NCBI RefSeq assembly: GCF_000039765.1
Contig: NC_004459.3
Span: forward strand, 810,001 to 842,000
Reading direction: 5' to 3'
Source: Vibrio vulnificus CMCP6
Lineage (GTDB): Bacteria; Pseudomonadota; Gammaproteobacteria; Enterobacterales; Vibrionaceae
Length of the DNA: 32,000 nt
Under the pieces are notes generated by a model, which saw nothing but the letters and a program-made list of their open reading frames with translations, did not search any database and was not told the DNA's origin. Below are positions 1-9,429 of the stretch, piece by piece. The number at the start of each line of letters is the position of its first letter. The stretch's first letter is position 1. Both the position numbers and the translations under genes were made by a program.

Positions 1-906
1 GAACAGTGAGCACTGCTCTTCTAAACGACACAGTAAACGCGCATCATCGCCCAAGAAAGCTTCCACCTGCTTAAATAAACCAGGCTTAAACTCTTTGTCA
101 AGAGCATCATCAACTTCAACCGCCACTAACGGAATCGTGCCTCTTTTTTGCACTTGTAGTGCTTCCATTGGTCTGAATACGTAGCGATTTTCTTTGGTTA
201 ATACTTCAACAGACCAGCGACCAGCCGATTCCCAGTTTGCGGCATAATTAAACAAGGCACCTTGTTCTGTCATTCCCGCGCCAGAAAATACTGACCCTGC
301 TTGATGCCAGTTTAGGCTGCCTTGAATAAAGCAGCAGATATCTCGAGGCTTGCCACCCAAGTAGAACGCCAGATCGGCAACATGAGTCGAATTAGCTAAG
401 AACCACTTGTTTAACACCTCTTGAGGTTTGTCGATTTTTTCAATGACATGCGCCCATTCTGTCAGTTCAAAGTTGAATGAAGTGACCCCACCTTCCTGCT
501 CAATCAAGCGCTGCGCTTCCAGTACTGAGGAGAAGAAACGACGGTTATATGCAATATAAACCGCACAACCATGCTGCTCACTGAGTTGGCGCAATTCTTC
601 GATTTCCGCCAGTGTGGTGGCACCTGGTTTTTCGACCAGAATTTTTTTTACGCCCGCTTCGATGAGTTGCTTGGTGGTTTCATACAGTTGAGCGACGCCC
701 ACGCTCACAATCGCCGCCTCTGCTACCGCCTTGGTATTGGCAATATGCTGCGCTAATCCACCACAAATCACTGCTTTACCCGTTTTTTCAGTGAACGATG
801 CTGCTGAGTCACTACCACGGCCGACCACCTGATAATCACAGCCTTGAGCATCGAGTACTTTGGCATAGTCAATCGACATCAAACCAGAACCAATTAGCCA
901 GATCAT
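1..906 (-). CDS. Gfo/Idh/MocA-family oxidoreductase, 3' part cut off by window start
   Basis: Open reading on the minus strand from ATG (complement 904..906): MIWLIGSGLMSIDYAKVLDAQGCDYQVVGRGSDSAASF..., Rossmann-type N-terminus and a VEKPG-like motif typical of the family. Not in the supplied ORF track because it runs off the edge. Confidence 0.8.
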   Translation of the reverse strand, partial: MIWLIGSGLMSIDYAKVLDAQGCDYQVVGRGSDSAASFTEKTGKAVICGGLAQHIANTKAVAEAAIVSVGVAQLYETTKQLIEAGVKKILVEKPGATTLAEIEELRQLSEQHGCAVYIAYNRRFFSSVLEAQRLIEQEGGVTSFNFELTEWAHVIEKIDKPQEVLNKWFLANSTHVADLAFYLGGKPRDICCFIQGSLNWHQAGSVFSGAGMTEQGALFNYAANWESAGRWSVEVLTKENRYVFRPMEALQVQKRGTIPLVAVEVDDALDKEFKPGLFKQVEAFLGDDARLLCRLEEQCSLF

Positions 907-921
907 ACTTACTCCTCAATA

Positions 922-1884
922 TTAAGTAATTGGGCAAGCGTCCAAATGAACGTTAAGGGTTTTCGATAGGTGCTCAAGGACCACCTCAATAAATGGGGTA
1001 TGCAGCGAGCATGATTGCGTAAACGGCGTTAACTGACACTGATTGGTCGTCAACAGTTCGGTGACATTCGCTCCCGTCAGTTGGCTTTGGAACAGCGGAG
1101 TGTGGCTATGTTGTGTCGTTGTGCCATCTTGGCTAAACAGCCAGGTTTGCTCCACTTCGTTAACAACATGGCGTGAGAGACCATTGTCGATAGTCACAGC
1201 TAAACTTGGGATGAGATCTTGGCCACTTTCAATTCGTAACGTGTTTACACCAATGGCATATTCGATCGCGCCTGTCACTTCATAAAAGCCTGCACGCTTA
1301 CTTTCAATCAGCTCAGCATCCAATGCCACATTGGTAACTTGTAGCGCAGCACTGTCGACAAGGTAAGAGAACAAATCGATAAAATGAACGCTATTACATG
1401 CCATACCCCAAGCGTTACCTTTAACGGTCATGTTCACTGGCTGACTCGTATCCAAATAAGATTTAAGCTCTTGGTAACTTGGGAAAATACGGCGTGGGCA
1501 GTTCACCCAACCTTGTACTTGATGCTGCTCAAGTAAAGCTAGGATCTCAGGATAATGCGCCAACTTTTGGAACAGTACCTTTTCAAAAATGATGTGTTTG
1601 ACGCGGTTCGTACTCAGCAGTGCTTTGGTAACGTCGGCACGAACTTGCGCAGCAGTAGCGATGATGCAAACTTCAAATGCCTTAGAATCAGGTAACGTGG
1701 TGCTATAGCTGATCTGGCTATTGTCATTGCCCCACTCCACTTGCTGAGCACGTTCTTCAGCAATATTCAGTGAGTCTTGTGACGGATCGACAACAGTAAT
1801 ATCTAAGCTTTCAGTCGCAGCCAGTGCACCTTGCAAATGGCGGCTACCCAATTGTCCCGCACCGATGATCAATAACTTATGCAT
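922..1884 (-). CDS. Gfo/Idh/MocA-family oxidoreductase
   Basis: ORF of 320 aa beginning MHKLLIIGAGQLGSRHLQGAL (GxGxxGxRH nucleotide-binding motif) and containing an EK motif (IIFEKVLF); overlaps the next gene by 8 nt. Confidence 0.8.
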   Translation of the reverse strand: MHKLLIIGAGQLGSRHLQGALAATESLDITVVDPSQDSLNIAEERAQQVEWGNDNSQISYSTTLPDSKAFEVCIIATAAQVRADVTKALLSTNRVKHIIFEKVLFQKLAHYPEILALLEQHQVQGWVNCPRRIFPSYQELKSYLDTSQPVNMTVKGNAWGMACNSVHFIDLFSYLVDSAALQVTNVALDAELIESKRAGFYEVTGAIEYAIGVNTLRIESGQDLIPSLAVTIDNGLSRHVVNEVEQTWLFSQDGTTTQHSHTPLFQSQLTGANVTELLTTNQCQLTPFTQSCSLHTPFIEVVLEHLSKTLNVHLDACPIT

Positions 1885-2578
1885 TTTGTTCCCTATATTT
1901 TAATACCGTTTCTGCAATCAGAAAATCCAACTCATGGTCAATATCAACCGAGCTTTCATTATCCATTACATAGGCAAATATGTTTGAAGATAAGAATAGC
2001 GAGTTTTCTTGGTAGAATCTGCTCACTCTTGTTAAGTAGATTGCACCATTAATTCGATAGTAATCAGGAAGATCCTGACTTCTCAACTGGCTAACTTCAT
2101 GACGGATAAAATCGGCCATCGAGCGATCGTCTGGTAAGGTATTAGCCCAAAGTGGCGAGTGATCACAAGGGCACACTGACACGACGGCATCCGCCGTATG
2201 CGCTATAAGTTGCTCGATCGCGTGGCGGATGTCATCCGCACTGCGAATTGGTGACGTGGGTTGTAACAGTAAGACAAAATCAAACTCTTCACCTTGTGCG
2301 CGATAAAAATCCAGCGCATGACGGATCACATCGGAACTGGAACTGGTGTCGGTGGCTAACTCTGGTGGGCGGATAAACGGCACCTCTGCCCCCGCTTTTT
2401 TCGCAATCTCCGCAATCTCGTCACAGTCCGTCGTCACCATGACGCGAGCGATCTCTTGCACCGCTAAGGCGGCATCTATTGTCCATTGGATTAGAGGCTT
2501 ACCATTTAAATTTTTGATGTTCTTGCCTGGTAGCCGCTTGCTGCCCCCGCGGGCAGGAGTAATCGCCAGTATTTTCAT
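1877..2578 (-). CDS. CMP-nonulosonate (acylneuraminate/legionaminate) cytidylyltransferase, NeuA/LegF-like
   Basis: MKILAITPARGGSKRLPGKNIKNLNGKPLIQWTIDAAL is the hallmark N-terminus of CMP-sialic-acid synthetases; VLLQPTSP motif present. Confidence 0.92.
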   Translation of the reverse strand: MKILAITPARGGSKRLPGKNIKNLNGKPLIQWTIDAALAVQEIARVMVTTDCDEIAEIAKKAGAEVPFIRPPELATDTSSSSDVIRHALDFYRAQGEEFDFVLLLQPTSPIRSADDIRHAIEQLIAHTADAVVSVCPCDHSPLWANTLPDDRSMADFIRHEVSQLRSQDLPDYYRINGAIYLTRVSRFYQENSLFLSSNIFAYVMDNESSVDIDHELDFLIAETVLKYREQNA

Positions 2579-2581
2579 TAT

Positions 2582-3628
2582 TTATAAACCTAACGTGAGA
2601 ATATCCACTTGTGCACGCTTATAGTCGTCCATGCGACCAATATCTAGCCAATATTCATGAAATGGAAATACATGGATGTCTCGGCCAATTTGCTGTTCAA
2701 ACAAGGTTGGCATATCTAAGTATTCTCCTTTCGCCACCGAAGTAATCAGCGATTTGTTCAACACATAAATGCCCGCGTTGACATGAAAGCGGTAGGTCGG
2801 TTTTTCCACAATCCCAGTAATTTTGAAATCTTGAGCTTCAATTACACCAAAAGGCACTTGATATTCAAACTCACGGACACACATGGTCGCTTTTGAGTCA
2901 TTTTTATTATGGAACTCAAGCACATCTTCAAAGTTGATCTTGGTCAGGATGTCTCCATTCATCACGATAACGGGCAGATCTGGCAGACTATCTGGTAGCA
3001 AGCCTAACGCACCGCCAGTGCCTAATGGAGTTTCTTCATGAATATATTGAATCGACACGCCCCAACGCGAACCATCGCCCAAAGCTTCATGGATCATTTC
3101 TGGTAAATAATGGGTTGAGATATAGAAATTACTAAATCCTGATCGAATAAAACTCAAGATGACCGTTTCTAAGATCGGGCGCTCACCCACTTTGAGTAAT
3201 GGTTTAGGGCAGTTATCCGTCAATGGTTTAAGGCGAGTCCCAAAGCCTCCTGCCATTAAAAAGACCGGATTGGCGTATTCGGGTTTATGTAACAAGCCAT
3301 GCAATGTTTCCAAGCCAATCACGATCCCATTACTTAAGATTGGAATGGCATGCAGCTCTTTGCGTTCCATCAAAGAGAGAATATTGTCTCTCGACATGCT
3401 GACATCGGCAGTGGTTGGCTGGGTATTCATCACCAAATCAACACTGTCTTCCAATGAGGCATCTCTTAAGATGGCACGACGAATATCACCATCGCTGACC
3501 GTTCCTAACAACTTGTTCTGCTCATCTACGACTAGGGCTAGTTTCAACGCTTGTTGATCAATAGTCCTCAACACAGAACGAATCGAAGCGGAGGGTGAGA
3601 CTAAAATCTTTTTCCAGTTGTGGCTCAT
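2582..3628 (-). CDS. CBS-domain plus sugar-nucleotidyltransferase protein, PtmE-like
   Basis: N-terminal CBS-type segments (LVVDEQNKLLGTVSDGDIRR...), then VFLMAGGFGTRLKPLTDNCPKPLLKVGERPILE (NTP_transferase signature). Confidence 0.88.
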   Translation of the reverse strand: MSHNWKKILVSPSASIRSVLRTIDQQALKLALVVDEQNKLLGTVSDGDIRRAILRDASLEDSVDLVMNTQPTTADVSMSRDNILSLMERKELHAIPILSNGIVIGLETLHGLLHKPEYANPVFLMAGGFGTRLKPLTDNCPKPLLKVGERPILETVILSFIRSGFSNFYISTHYLPEMIHEALGDGSRWGVSIQYIHEETPLGTGGALGLLPDSLPDLPVIVMNGDILTKINFEDVLEFHNKNDSKATMCVREFEYQVPFGVIEAQDFKITGIVEKPTYRFHVNAGIYVLNKSLITSVAKGEYLDMPTLFEQQIGRDIHVFPFHEYWLDIGRMDDYKRAQVDILTLGL

Positions 3629-3645
3629 GCGTATGCCTTATTTGC

Positions 3646-4137
3646 TTAGAGACTGTATTTAATAAATTTTACTGGTGTTGGGCTTTGTGCTAATTGGCGA
3701 TATTCGCATTCATCGGTAGCCCGAAAACCCAGCGCAGTAGCGGTCTTGACCGAAGCAATGTTGCTTTCCGCAATCCATGCAACTTGCATGGTGAACATAG
3801 GTTCAATGTGTTCCAGTCCAAGTTTGATCATTATCTTGGCGAGTCCACGTCCAGCATATTTTGCCGAAACGCCATAAGAGATTTCGACCGTATTATTGAG
3901 ACAATCTTTATCGACACAAAAGTAACCAATTCGCACATTGTTCCCTTTGAGAATATAGATATCTCTATTTTCATTGTTCAGCATCGCCGTGTAGTGTTCA
4001 AGTAAACAAGTCCTATCCGGCGCAGTATTAAAACCTGACCAATAAATACTTTGGCTTTCCGATTTGATTGCGTGATAAAAGGTAAAGTCAGATTTATCTG
4101 CCAAAACAAGGGTCAGATGGTCAACATTCATCGGCAT
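3646..4137 (-). CDS. GNAT-family N-acetyltransferase (RimJ/LegH-type candidate)
   Basis: 163 aa with the GNAT pattern VEISYGVSAKYAGRGLAKIMIKLGLEHI...NIASVKTATALGF. Confidence 0.75.
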   Translation of the reverse strand: MPMNVDHLTLVLADKSDFTFYHAIKSESQSIYWSGFNTAPDRTCLLEHYTAMLNNENRDIYILKGNNVRIGYFCVDKDCLNNTVEISYGVSAKYAGRGLAKIMIKLGLEHIEPMFTMQVAWIAESNIASVKTATALGFRATDECEYRQLAQSPTPVKFIKYSL

Positions 4138-5116
4138 ACTCCATGATCATATTGCAGACACGCTCAATGTCTAACTTCGAGTATCTTGAGTCCAAAGGCA
4201 ATGACAGTAAATAATCACTCAGCTGATTGGAGACCATCGACAACTGGGGCCAATGCACAGCCAAGAAAATCTGGTGCTGCATGAGTTGCTTTCTAACGGC
4301 ATCCCGATTTTTCAGGACAATGGGTAAAAAACTTGGGAATTCAGGCACCACATCAAGATAGAGATGCTCCGGCAGCAAGTGTTTGGCTAAGGCGAGATTG
4401 CTCTGTCTATGCTGGTTTTCTTGATCCAAAGTACGATAGAACGTGTTGGCCAGCATACTGCTGCGTCCACTTGGCTGATAGATCCCCTGTGAGGTATCGA
4501 GCAGGTGCTCCGCTGCGACAAACGATGCTAAATAAGAAGCCTCATCACCCAGACCATCGGTGAGATATTTCGCTTTAAGATCTTTGGCTTGATATTTAAG
4601 CTGAGCAAAATTCGCCAACGATTCGACCGTCACCGTCGCCAGTGCTCGATTGGAAATCAGCTGACTGTAGTCTGGAATCGCGGTGATTTTTCTTAAGCTA
4701 TTGAAATAGACCCAATGACATGGGTTGTCAAAGTGCGGCTTACTGATGCCAAACACGTCATCGAGGATAAAGGGAATTGTTAAGGTCGCCAATAGATTGT
4801 CTAAACTAACCGTTTGCGCGCCAAAATATCGCACCAAATAAACTGCATCAATCCCAAGCAACGATTCACTGTTGAGATCAATCGACAAATCTGGGTTTAC
4901 CCGATAGAAATCGAAGTTCACTTCTTGTTCGATTAATACATCAATAACGATCTGACAAATAAAATCTGGAACCAGTATCTTTTGATGTTTTAACCCCATT
5001 GACTCAAGCGCCCATCGTAACGATGAGCGCCCAGAGTTGGTGACCCCATAATGAAGATGGTCCGATAGCAGCTCTTGCTCACCACCAATCGTTTTTTGAT
5101 TAGTATTCGACATCAT
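4121..5116 (-). CDS. PLP-dependent aminotransferase-fold (DegT/DnrJ-related) protein of uncertain function
   Basis: 331 aa. YGVTNSGRSSLRWALESMG resembles the start of fold-type I sugar aminotransferases; IPFILDDVFG resembles the PLP-binding D region; VYFNSLRKITAIPDYSQLIS retains a candidate catalytic lysine. Overlaps its neighbours by 17 nt on both sides. Confidence 0.55.
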   Translation of the reverse strand: MMSNTNQKTIGGEQELLSDHLHYGVTNSGRSSLRWALESMGLKHQKILVPDFICQIVIDVLIEQEVNFDFYRVNPDLSIDLNSESLLGIDAVYLVRYFGAQTVSLDNLLATLTIPFILDDVFGISKPHFDNPCHWVYFNSLRKITAIPDYSQLISNRALATVTVESLANFAQLKYQAKDLKAKYLTDGLGDEASYLASFVAAEHLLDTSQGIYQPSGRSSMLANTFYRTLDQENQHRQSNLALAKHLLPEHLYLDVVPEFPSFLPIVLKNRDAVRKQLMQHQIFLAVHWPQLSMVSNQLSDYLLSLPLDSRYSKLDIERVCNMIMEYADEC

Positions 5117-6263
5117 AGAACTTCTTGGATTTCAATTTGCTCAAGTCGACTGACTTAATGATACTCACCAACTTTTGCGAACTGTTGCCCTGGCCGTAAG
5201 GATTAATGACCGTGTGGAGTCGCTCTTGGAAAGCATCTGTATAGATAGTAGCAATGGCGTCGATAATCTGCTGCTTTTCAACCTCAACGTCAATGGTGCT
5301 ATCAGCTCGTACTCGCCCTTTTTGACGAGAGCCGATATTAATCGACGCTATTCTAAATGAAGGGGCTTCTACGATACCACTCGACGAATTCCCGACCACC
5401 GCATCGACATATTGCAGAGCAGACAAATAGCGCAACTGCCCCAACGAGGTAAACGCCACTGACTTGTCTTTATGGTCGACCACGTACTGATCAATCATTT
5501 TGTTGATCAGACGGCCACCCACATCTGCATTCGCTTTAGTGAAAATGATCAAACAATCATCAAGAGTATCTAATGCCGCAAGGATATGGTTAAAATCCGC
5601 TTCAATCTCATCAACTGATTGGGTTGTTTCCGGATGATAGGTAAACAGCAGATTTTTCTTTTTTAACTTCACGCCAATAGACTCTTCAAAGGCACTCTTA
5701 GAGAGCAACTCCATTCTTAGAATGTTATCCAAACCCACTTCACCAATATTAAACACTCGATCTGGACTTTCACCCATTTGAATGACACGTCGAGAGTATT
5801 CTTCCATCGCAGTGAAATGCAGTTGCGACAGTTTGGTGATCGCATGACGAATGAGTTCATCAATCGCCCCTTCTGTTAACTCGCCGCCATTGAGGTGAGC
5901 GACTGGAATACGCGCAATATTGGCCGCCGACACAATCGGGATCAACTCGTAACGGTCACCAAGTACCACGACTAAATCCGGTCGCAACTCTTCAAAGGCT
6001 TCAGCAAAACTGATTTGGGCCAAGCCCATACTTTTACTCACTCCCACTGGGGTATCTGAAGAGAGTAAGATCTCAATTTGCTTGTTAACACGAAAACCAT
6101 CATCCAAGATTTGCTGATTGGTGTAACCAAACTCTGGCGACAAATGGCTGCCAGTAGAGATGATTTGTAACTCAAGTTGCGGATCATTTTGAATATCATC
6201 CAGCAAACATTTCAGTAAGCCATATTCCGCTCGCGTGGCGGTGACTACACAGATTTTACGCAT
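5100..6263 (-). CDS. UDP-N-acetylglucosamine 2-epimerase (hydrolysing), NeuC/LegG-like
   Basis: 387 aa; MRKICVVTATRAEYGLLKCLLDDI..., LVVVLGDRYELIPIVSAANIARIPVAHLNGGELTEGAIDELIRHAITKLSQLHF, and VVGNSSSGIVEAPSF. Confidence 0.93.
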   Translation of the reverse strand: MRKICVVTATRAEYGLLKCLLDDIQNDPQLELQIISTGSHLSPEFGYTNQQILDDGFRVNKQIEILLSSDTPVGVSKSMGLAQISFAEAFEELRPDLVVVLGDRYELIPIVSAANIARIPVAHLNGGELTEGAIDELIRHAITKLSQLHFTAMEEYSRRVIQMGESPDRVFNIGEVGLDNILRMELLSKSAFEESIGVKLKKKNLLFTYHPETTQSVDEIEADFNHILAALDTLDDCLIIFTKANADVGGRLINKMIDQYVVDHKDKSVAFTSLGQLRYLSALQYVDAVVGNSSSGIVEAPSFRIASINIGSRQKGRVRADSTIDVEVEKQQIIDAIATIYTDAFQERLHTVINPYGQGNSSQKLVSIIKSVDLSKLKSKKFYDVEY

Positions 6264-7264
6264 TAGATCAGCTCTCCAATCTGGTAATCTTTCTTCGCTA
6301 TAGAGCCAACCACTTCATCCCAACGCGTTGGAGAAATACCATTACCTGGACGTTTAATTTCTAACATATCTGCACAGATGATGCTGCCCGCCATGATCGG
6401 CTTGCCAGCCACTAAGCTCTTGCGCACAATGTTACGGTTTTCCTGTTCGGTTTTAGTGGGTACCTTCCAGCCATTACCCAGAGCTTGTTCAATATTGCGG
6501 ATCGCAGTGACCATGTCGGCGAGCTCTTGTGGCTCGAGGCTAGCTTTATGATCCGGCCCAGACATGGTTTTATCTAGCGTGAAATGTTTTTCAATCACTT
6601 TCGCGCCTAGCGCCACCGCTGCTACTGGTATTTCAGTACCCAACGTATGATCAGAGTAGCCGACAATAATGCCCGGGAACGCTTGTTCGATCGTCTTCAT
6701 CGCCAACAAGTTAACGTCTTCTGGCGCGGTTGGATAATCGGTTGTCGCGTGTAAAACCGTGATCATGTCGAGTGATAAGCCCGCGTCGCGCAACGTCACC
6801 ACCGCATGCTCCACTTCCGACAAATAGCCCATCCCCGTTGACAAGATCACTGGCTTGGCAAAGCTCGCTATATGGCGTAGAAATGGTGTGTTGGTGAGCT
6901 CTCCCGAGCCAATTTTGAATACGGCTTGTAAGCCATCTAAAAATGTGGCGCTTTGCTCTTCGTCTGGCGTTGACATAAAGGTAATACCTTTATCATCACA
7001 GTACGACTTTAATTCTGTAAAATCATCGTAGCTCAATTCCAAACGCTTCAGCATTTCAAATTGCGTTTCTTCACGTTGAGTGTTTTCAACTTGATATTCC
7101 GCCATTTTTGCGTCTTCTGTTACCAGTAATTCGGTTTTCCAAGTCTGGAACTTCACCGCATCGACGCCCGCATCCGCCGCCGCATCAATCAACTGTTTGG
7201 CTAAACGAATATCACCATTATGGTTTACACCGGCCTCAGCGATGATAAATGTCTTGTTTGTCAT
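6263..7264 (-). CDS. N-acetylneuraminate/legionaminate synthase, NeuB/LegI-like
   Basis: 333 aa; MTNKTFIIAEAGVNHNGDIRLAKQLIDAAADAGVDAVKFQTWKTE, GYSDHT, EKHFTLDKTMSGPDHKASLEP and a C-terminal SAF-like region. Confidence 0.95.
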   Translation of the reverse strand: MTNKTFIIAEAGVNHNGDIRLAKQLIDAAADAGVDAVKFQTWKTELLVTEDAKMAEYQVENTQREETQFEMLKRLELSYDDFTELKSYCDDKGITFMSTPDEEQSATFLDGLQAVFKIGSGELTNTPFLRHIASFAKPVILSTGMGYLSEVEHAVVTLRDAGLSLDMITVLHATTDYPTAPEDVNLLAMKTIEQAFPGIIVGYSDHTLGTEIPVAAVALGAKVIEKHFTLDKTMSGPDHKASLEPQELADMVTAIRNIEQALGNGWKVPTKTEQENRNIVRKSLVAGKPIMAGSIICADMLEIKRPGNGISPTRWDEVVGSIAKKDYQIGELI

Positions 7265-7272
7265 AAGTACCT

Positions 7273-8265
7273 CTAAGCTCGGTATAACTGGAATAACTTT
7301 GGTGCTTGGCGTTGCGGGTTTTGCTCAATCCACAACTGATTCAACTGGTGCCTCTTCTCTGGTAAGAAATCTAATCCAGCAATATAAAAGGCTCTATTGA
7401 GTGGTGAGAACTTGCTCTTAAACTTAAATAAACTGTCTTCTGGTGACGATGTCCGTCCCCCGCCTAACATCATATATCGGCATCCCTGCGCTTTTGCGTG
7501 TTCAAAAGCAGCATCCAACAGTAAGTAATTGCCATTGTCTTTCGCCAACTCTTGGTTGTTTGCTGAAAGATGATAGTGGGCAAGCTCATTGCTACACATA
7601 AAAAAGCCAATCGAGGCATATTGTTGCTCTTTTTGGATGGCGAGCAAGCTGACCCCTTGGATTTTCATTAAAGCCTCAAAATATGGCTCTTTAAAGTAAA
7701 AGAAGTCACTTGCGGTGTTCTTTTGCATCGTATCGTAATACATACTCATAAACTCACTGAGCGGTACATGTTCGTACTTTACCGTTAAGTTGTTCGCCGC
7801 TTTTTTCACAATATTACGCGTAGTTTTGGAATACTGCTGTCGACGCTCTTCACTGCTTTGCTCGAGATCCACGATCACGACTTGACGTTCAGCAAAATGC
7901 ATATCAAATAGCGCATTGTTTTCAGCCAACGAATTGAAAGGGTGGAAGCGAATAAACTCACACACAATACGTTGCTGCTGGCAATGCTCGCGATACGCCG
8001 TAAACGCCCGTTGTAGAAAAGCAGGAGCGTCACAGTTTGATAGTGGCCCACCATAGCCATATGGCGTCTCTAAATCGTAAAGCTCTTCTTGTACCTCAAC
8101 CCCAGCAACATGACTAATACGATGTTTAAGTGCCGTGAACCTCACATAGTGTTCGCCTTCTTGATAGGTGTACTCAAAATGATCACATCCCTGTTCATAC
8201 AAGGCTGAGTAAGCACGTTGATAATAAATATCAGCCGATAAATCTGTGGTAGGAGCTATAGTCAT
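7273..8265 (-). CDS. FemAB/GNAT-superfamily (Acetyltransf_6-type) protein
   Basis: 330 aa; C-terminal ASIGFFMCSNELAHYHLSANNQELAKDNGNYLLLDAAFEHAKAQGCRYMMLGGG resembles the FemAB-like GNAT fold. Confidence 0.65.
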   Translation of the reverse strand: MTIAPTTDLSADIYYQRAYSALYEQGCDHFEYTYQEGEHYVRFTALKHRISHVAGVEVQEELYDLETPYGYGGPLSNCDAPAFLQRAFTAYREHCQQQRIVCEFIRFHPFNSLAENNALFDMHFAERQVVIVDLEQSSEERRQQYSKTTRNIVKKAANNLTVKYEHVPLSEFMSMYYDTMQKNTASDFFYFKEPYFEALMKIQGVSLLAIQKEQQYASIGFFMCSNELAHYHLSANNQELAKDNGNYLLLDAAFEHAKAQGCRYMMLGGGRTSSPEDSLFKFKSKFSPLNRAFYIAGLDFLPEKRHQLNQLWIEQNPQRQAPKLFQLYRA

Positions 8266-8274
8266 CTTGTTCCC

Positions 8275-9417
8275 TTACGCAACCGGCGTACTCGGTAAGT
8301 TAATCAGGTGTGCTTCAATAAACTCTGAATGGGTCAAATCCCCGCGCAGGGCTTGTTCGAACATTGGCAAACGATGCATTAACTGCCAAATTGGGCGAGT
8401 CATTACGCCAGCGGCATTAGTTTGCTCAAGCAGTTCATTGCGCTGCTGTGCATCCGCGCAAATGATGGCATTGAGCCAGTAGTTAGATTGCGCGTATTCT
8501 GGCTCGACCACAAAGGTCACATCGCTGCTGGCGAAAAACGCTTGGTATTGATGTGCCAGTTGGCGTTTTTGAGCCAGATAGTGTTCAAGTACTTCCATCT
8601 GCGCACAACCCAGCGCCGCATTTAAGTTCGGCATGCGGTAGTTAAACCCTGGCTCATCATGGAAGAACTCATACGGGTGCGGCACTTTCGCCGTCGTAGT
8701 CACATGCTTAGTGCGTCTGCCCGCTTCTTCACTCCCGCAAAGCACCATACCGCCACCACCTGTGGTAATGATTTTGTTGCCGTTGAAACTCACCGCACCA
8801 AAATCACCGATTGTCCCCGTGTGCTTACCCTTGTAAAACGAGCCTAGGCTTTCCGCAGCATCCTCGACTAACGAAATATTCCATTTCAAACAAACAGCAA
8901 CCAGTTCATCCAATTCTACCGGATGACCAAAAGTGTGCATTGGCACCACGGCTTTGATTCTTCTGCCCGTTTGCTTATGGATGCAACCTGCCTCAGTGAC
9001 TTGTGCATTATCTTCTAAGAAAGCACTCATCGCTTTAGGGCAAAGCCCCAAGCTTACAGGGGAAACATCCACAAAAATCGGCTCGGCGCCCATGTGATAA
9101 AGCGCATTACAAGTAGCAACAAACGTCAGCGCTTGTGTGATCACCAAATCACCACGTTCAACCCCTGCCATGTAGAGGGCTGCGTGCAAGGCTGCGGTAC
9201 CATTGACCGTCGCCACCGCCTTTGGAGTACCAGTAAACGCTTCCATTTTACGTTCAAACTCATCGACAAACTTACCGACGCTGGAGACAAAGGTGCTGTC
9301 AATGGTTTCCATCACATACGCTTTCTCATTGCCCGCAAAAGTAGGGGCATGCAACGGAATAAAATCTTGGGTTTGGTATTGGTCGCGTACAAACTCAACC
9401 AGTAACTGTGCGTTCAT
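8275..9417 (-). CDS. LegC-family UDP-sugar aminotransferase (DegT/DnrJ/EryC1/StrS)
   Basis: 380 aa; FEAFTGTPKAVATVNGTAALHAALYMAG, LVEDAAESLGSFYKGKHTGTIGDFGAVSFNGNKIITTGGGGMV (catalytic Lys in NGNKIITTGGGG). Confidence 0.93.
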   Translation of the reverse strand: MNAQLLVEFVRDQYQTQDFIPLHAPTFAGNEKAYVMETIDSTFVSSVGKFVDEFERKMEAFTGTPKAVATVNGTAALHAALYMAGVERGDLVITQALTFVATCNALYHMGAEPIFVDVSPVSLGLCPKAMSAFLEDNAQVTEAGCIHKQTGRRIKAVVPMHTFGHPVELDELVAVCLKWNISLVEDAAESLGSFYKGKHTGTIGDFGAVSFNGNKIITTGGGGMVLCGSEEAGRRTKHVTTTAKVPHPYEFFHDEPGFNYRMPNLNAALGCAQMEVLEHYLAQKRQLAHQYQAFFASSDVTFVVEPEYAQSNYWLNAIICADAQQRNELLEQTNAAGVMTRPIWQLMHRLPMFEQALRGDLTHSEFIEAHLINLPSTPVA

Positions 9418-9429
9418 TCTTCTTCACCC

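Noticed and set aside
571-756. 61-aa plus-strand ORF at the window start
   Set aside because: It lies antisense to the truncated Gfo/Idh/MocA oxidoreductase, which explains the region better.
2346-2624. 92-aa plus-strand ORF across the LegF/PtmE-like junction
   Set aside because: It is antisense to two confidently assigned genes and has no domain-like sequence.
3159-3557. 132-aa plus-strand ORF inside the PtmE-like gene
   Set aside because: It is entirely antisense to a gene with strong family signatures, and its translation shows no recognisable domain. It is a shadow ORF.
4121-5116. Pseudogene of an aminotransferase
   Set aside because: The frame is intact over 331 aa, keeps a candidate PLP lysine and overlaps both neighbours neatly, which favours a functional divergent protein.
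9094-9405. 103-aa plus-strand ORF inside legC
   Set aside because: It is antisense to the conserved LegC aminotransferase, with no motifs or independent support.
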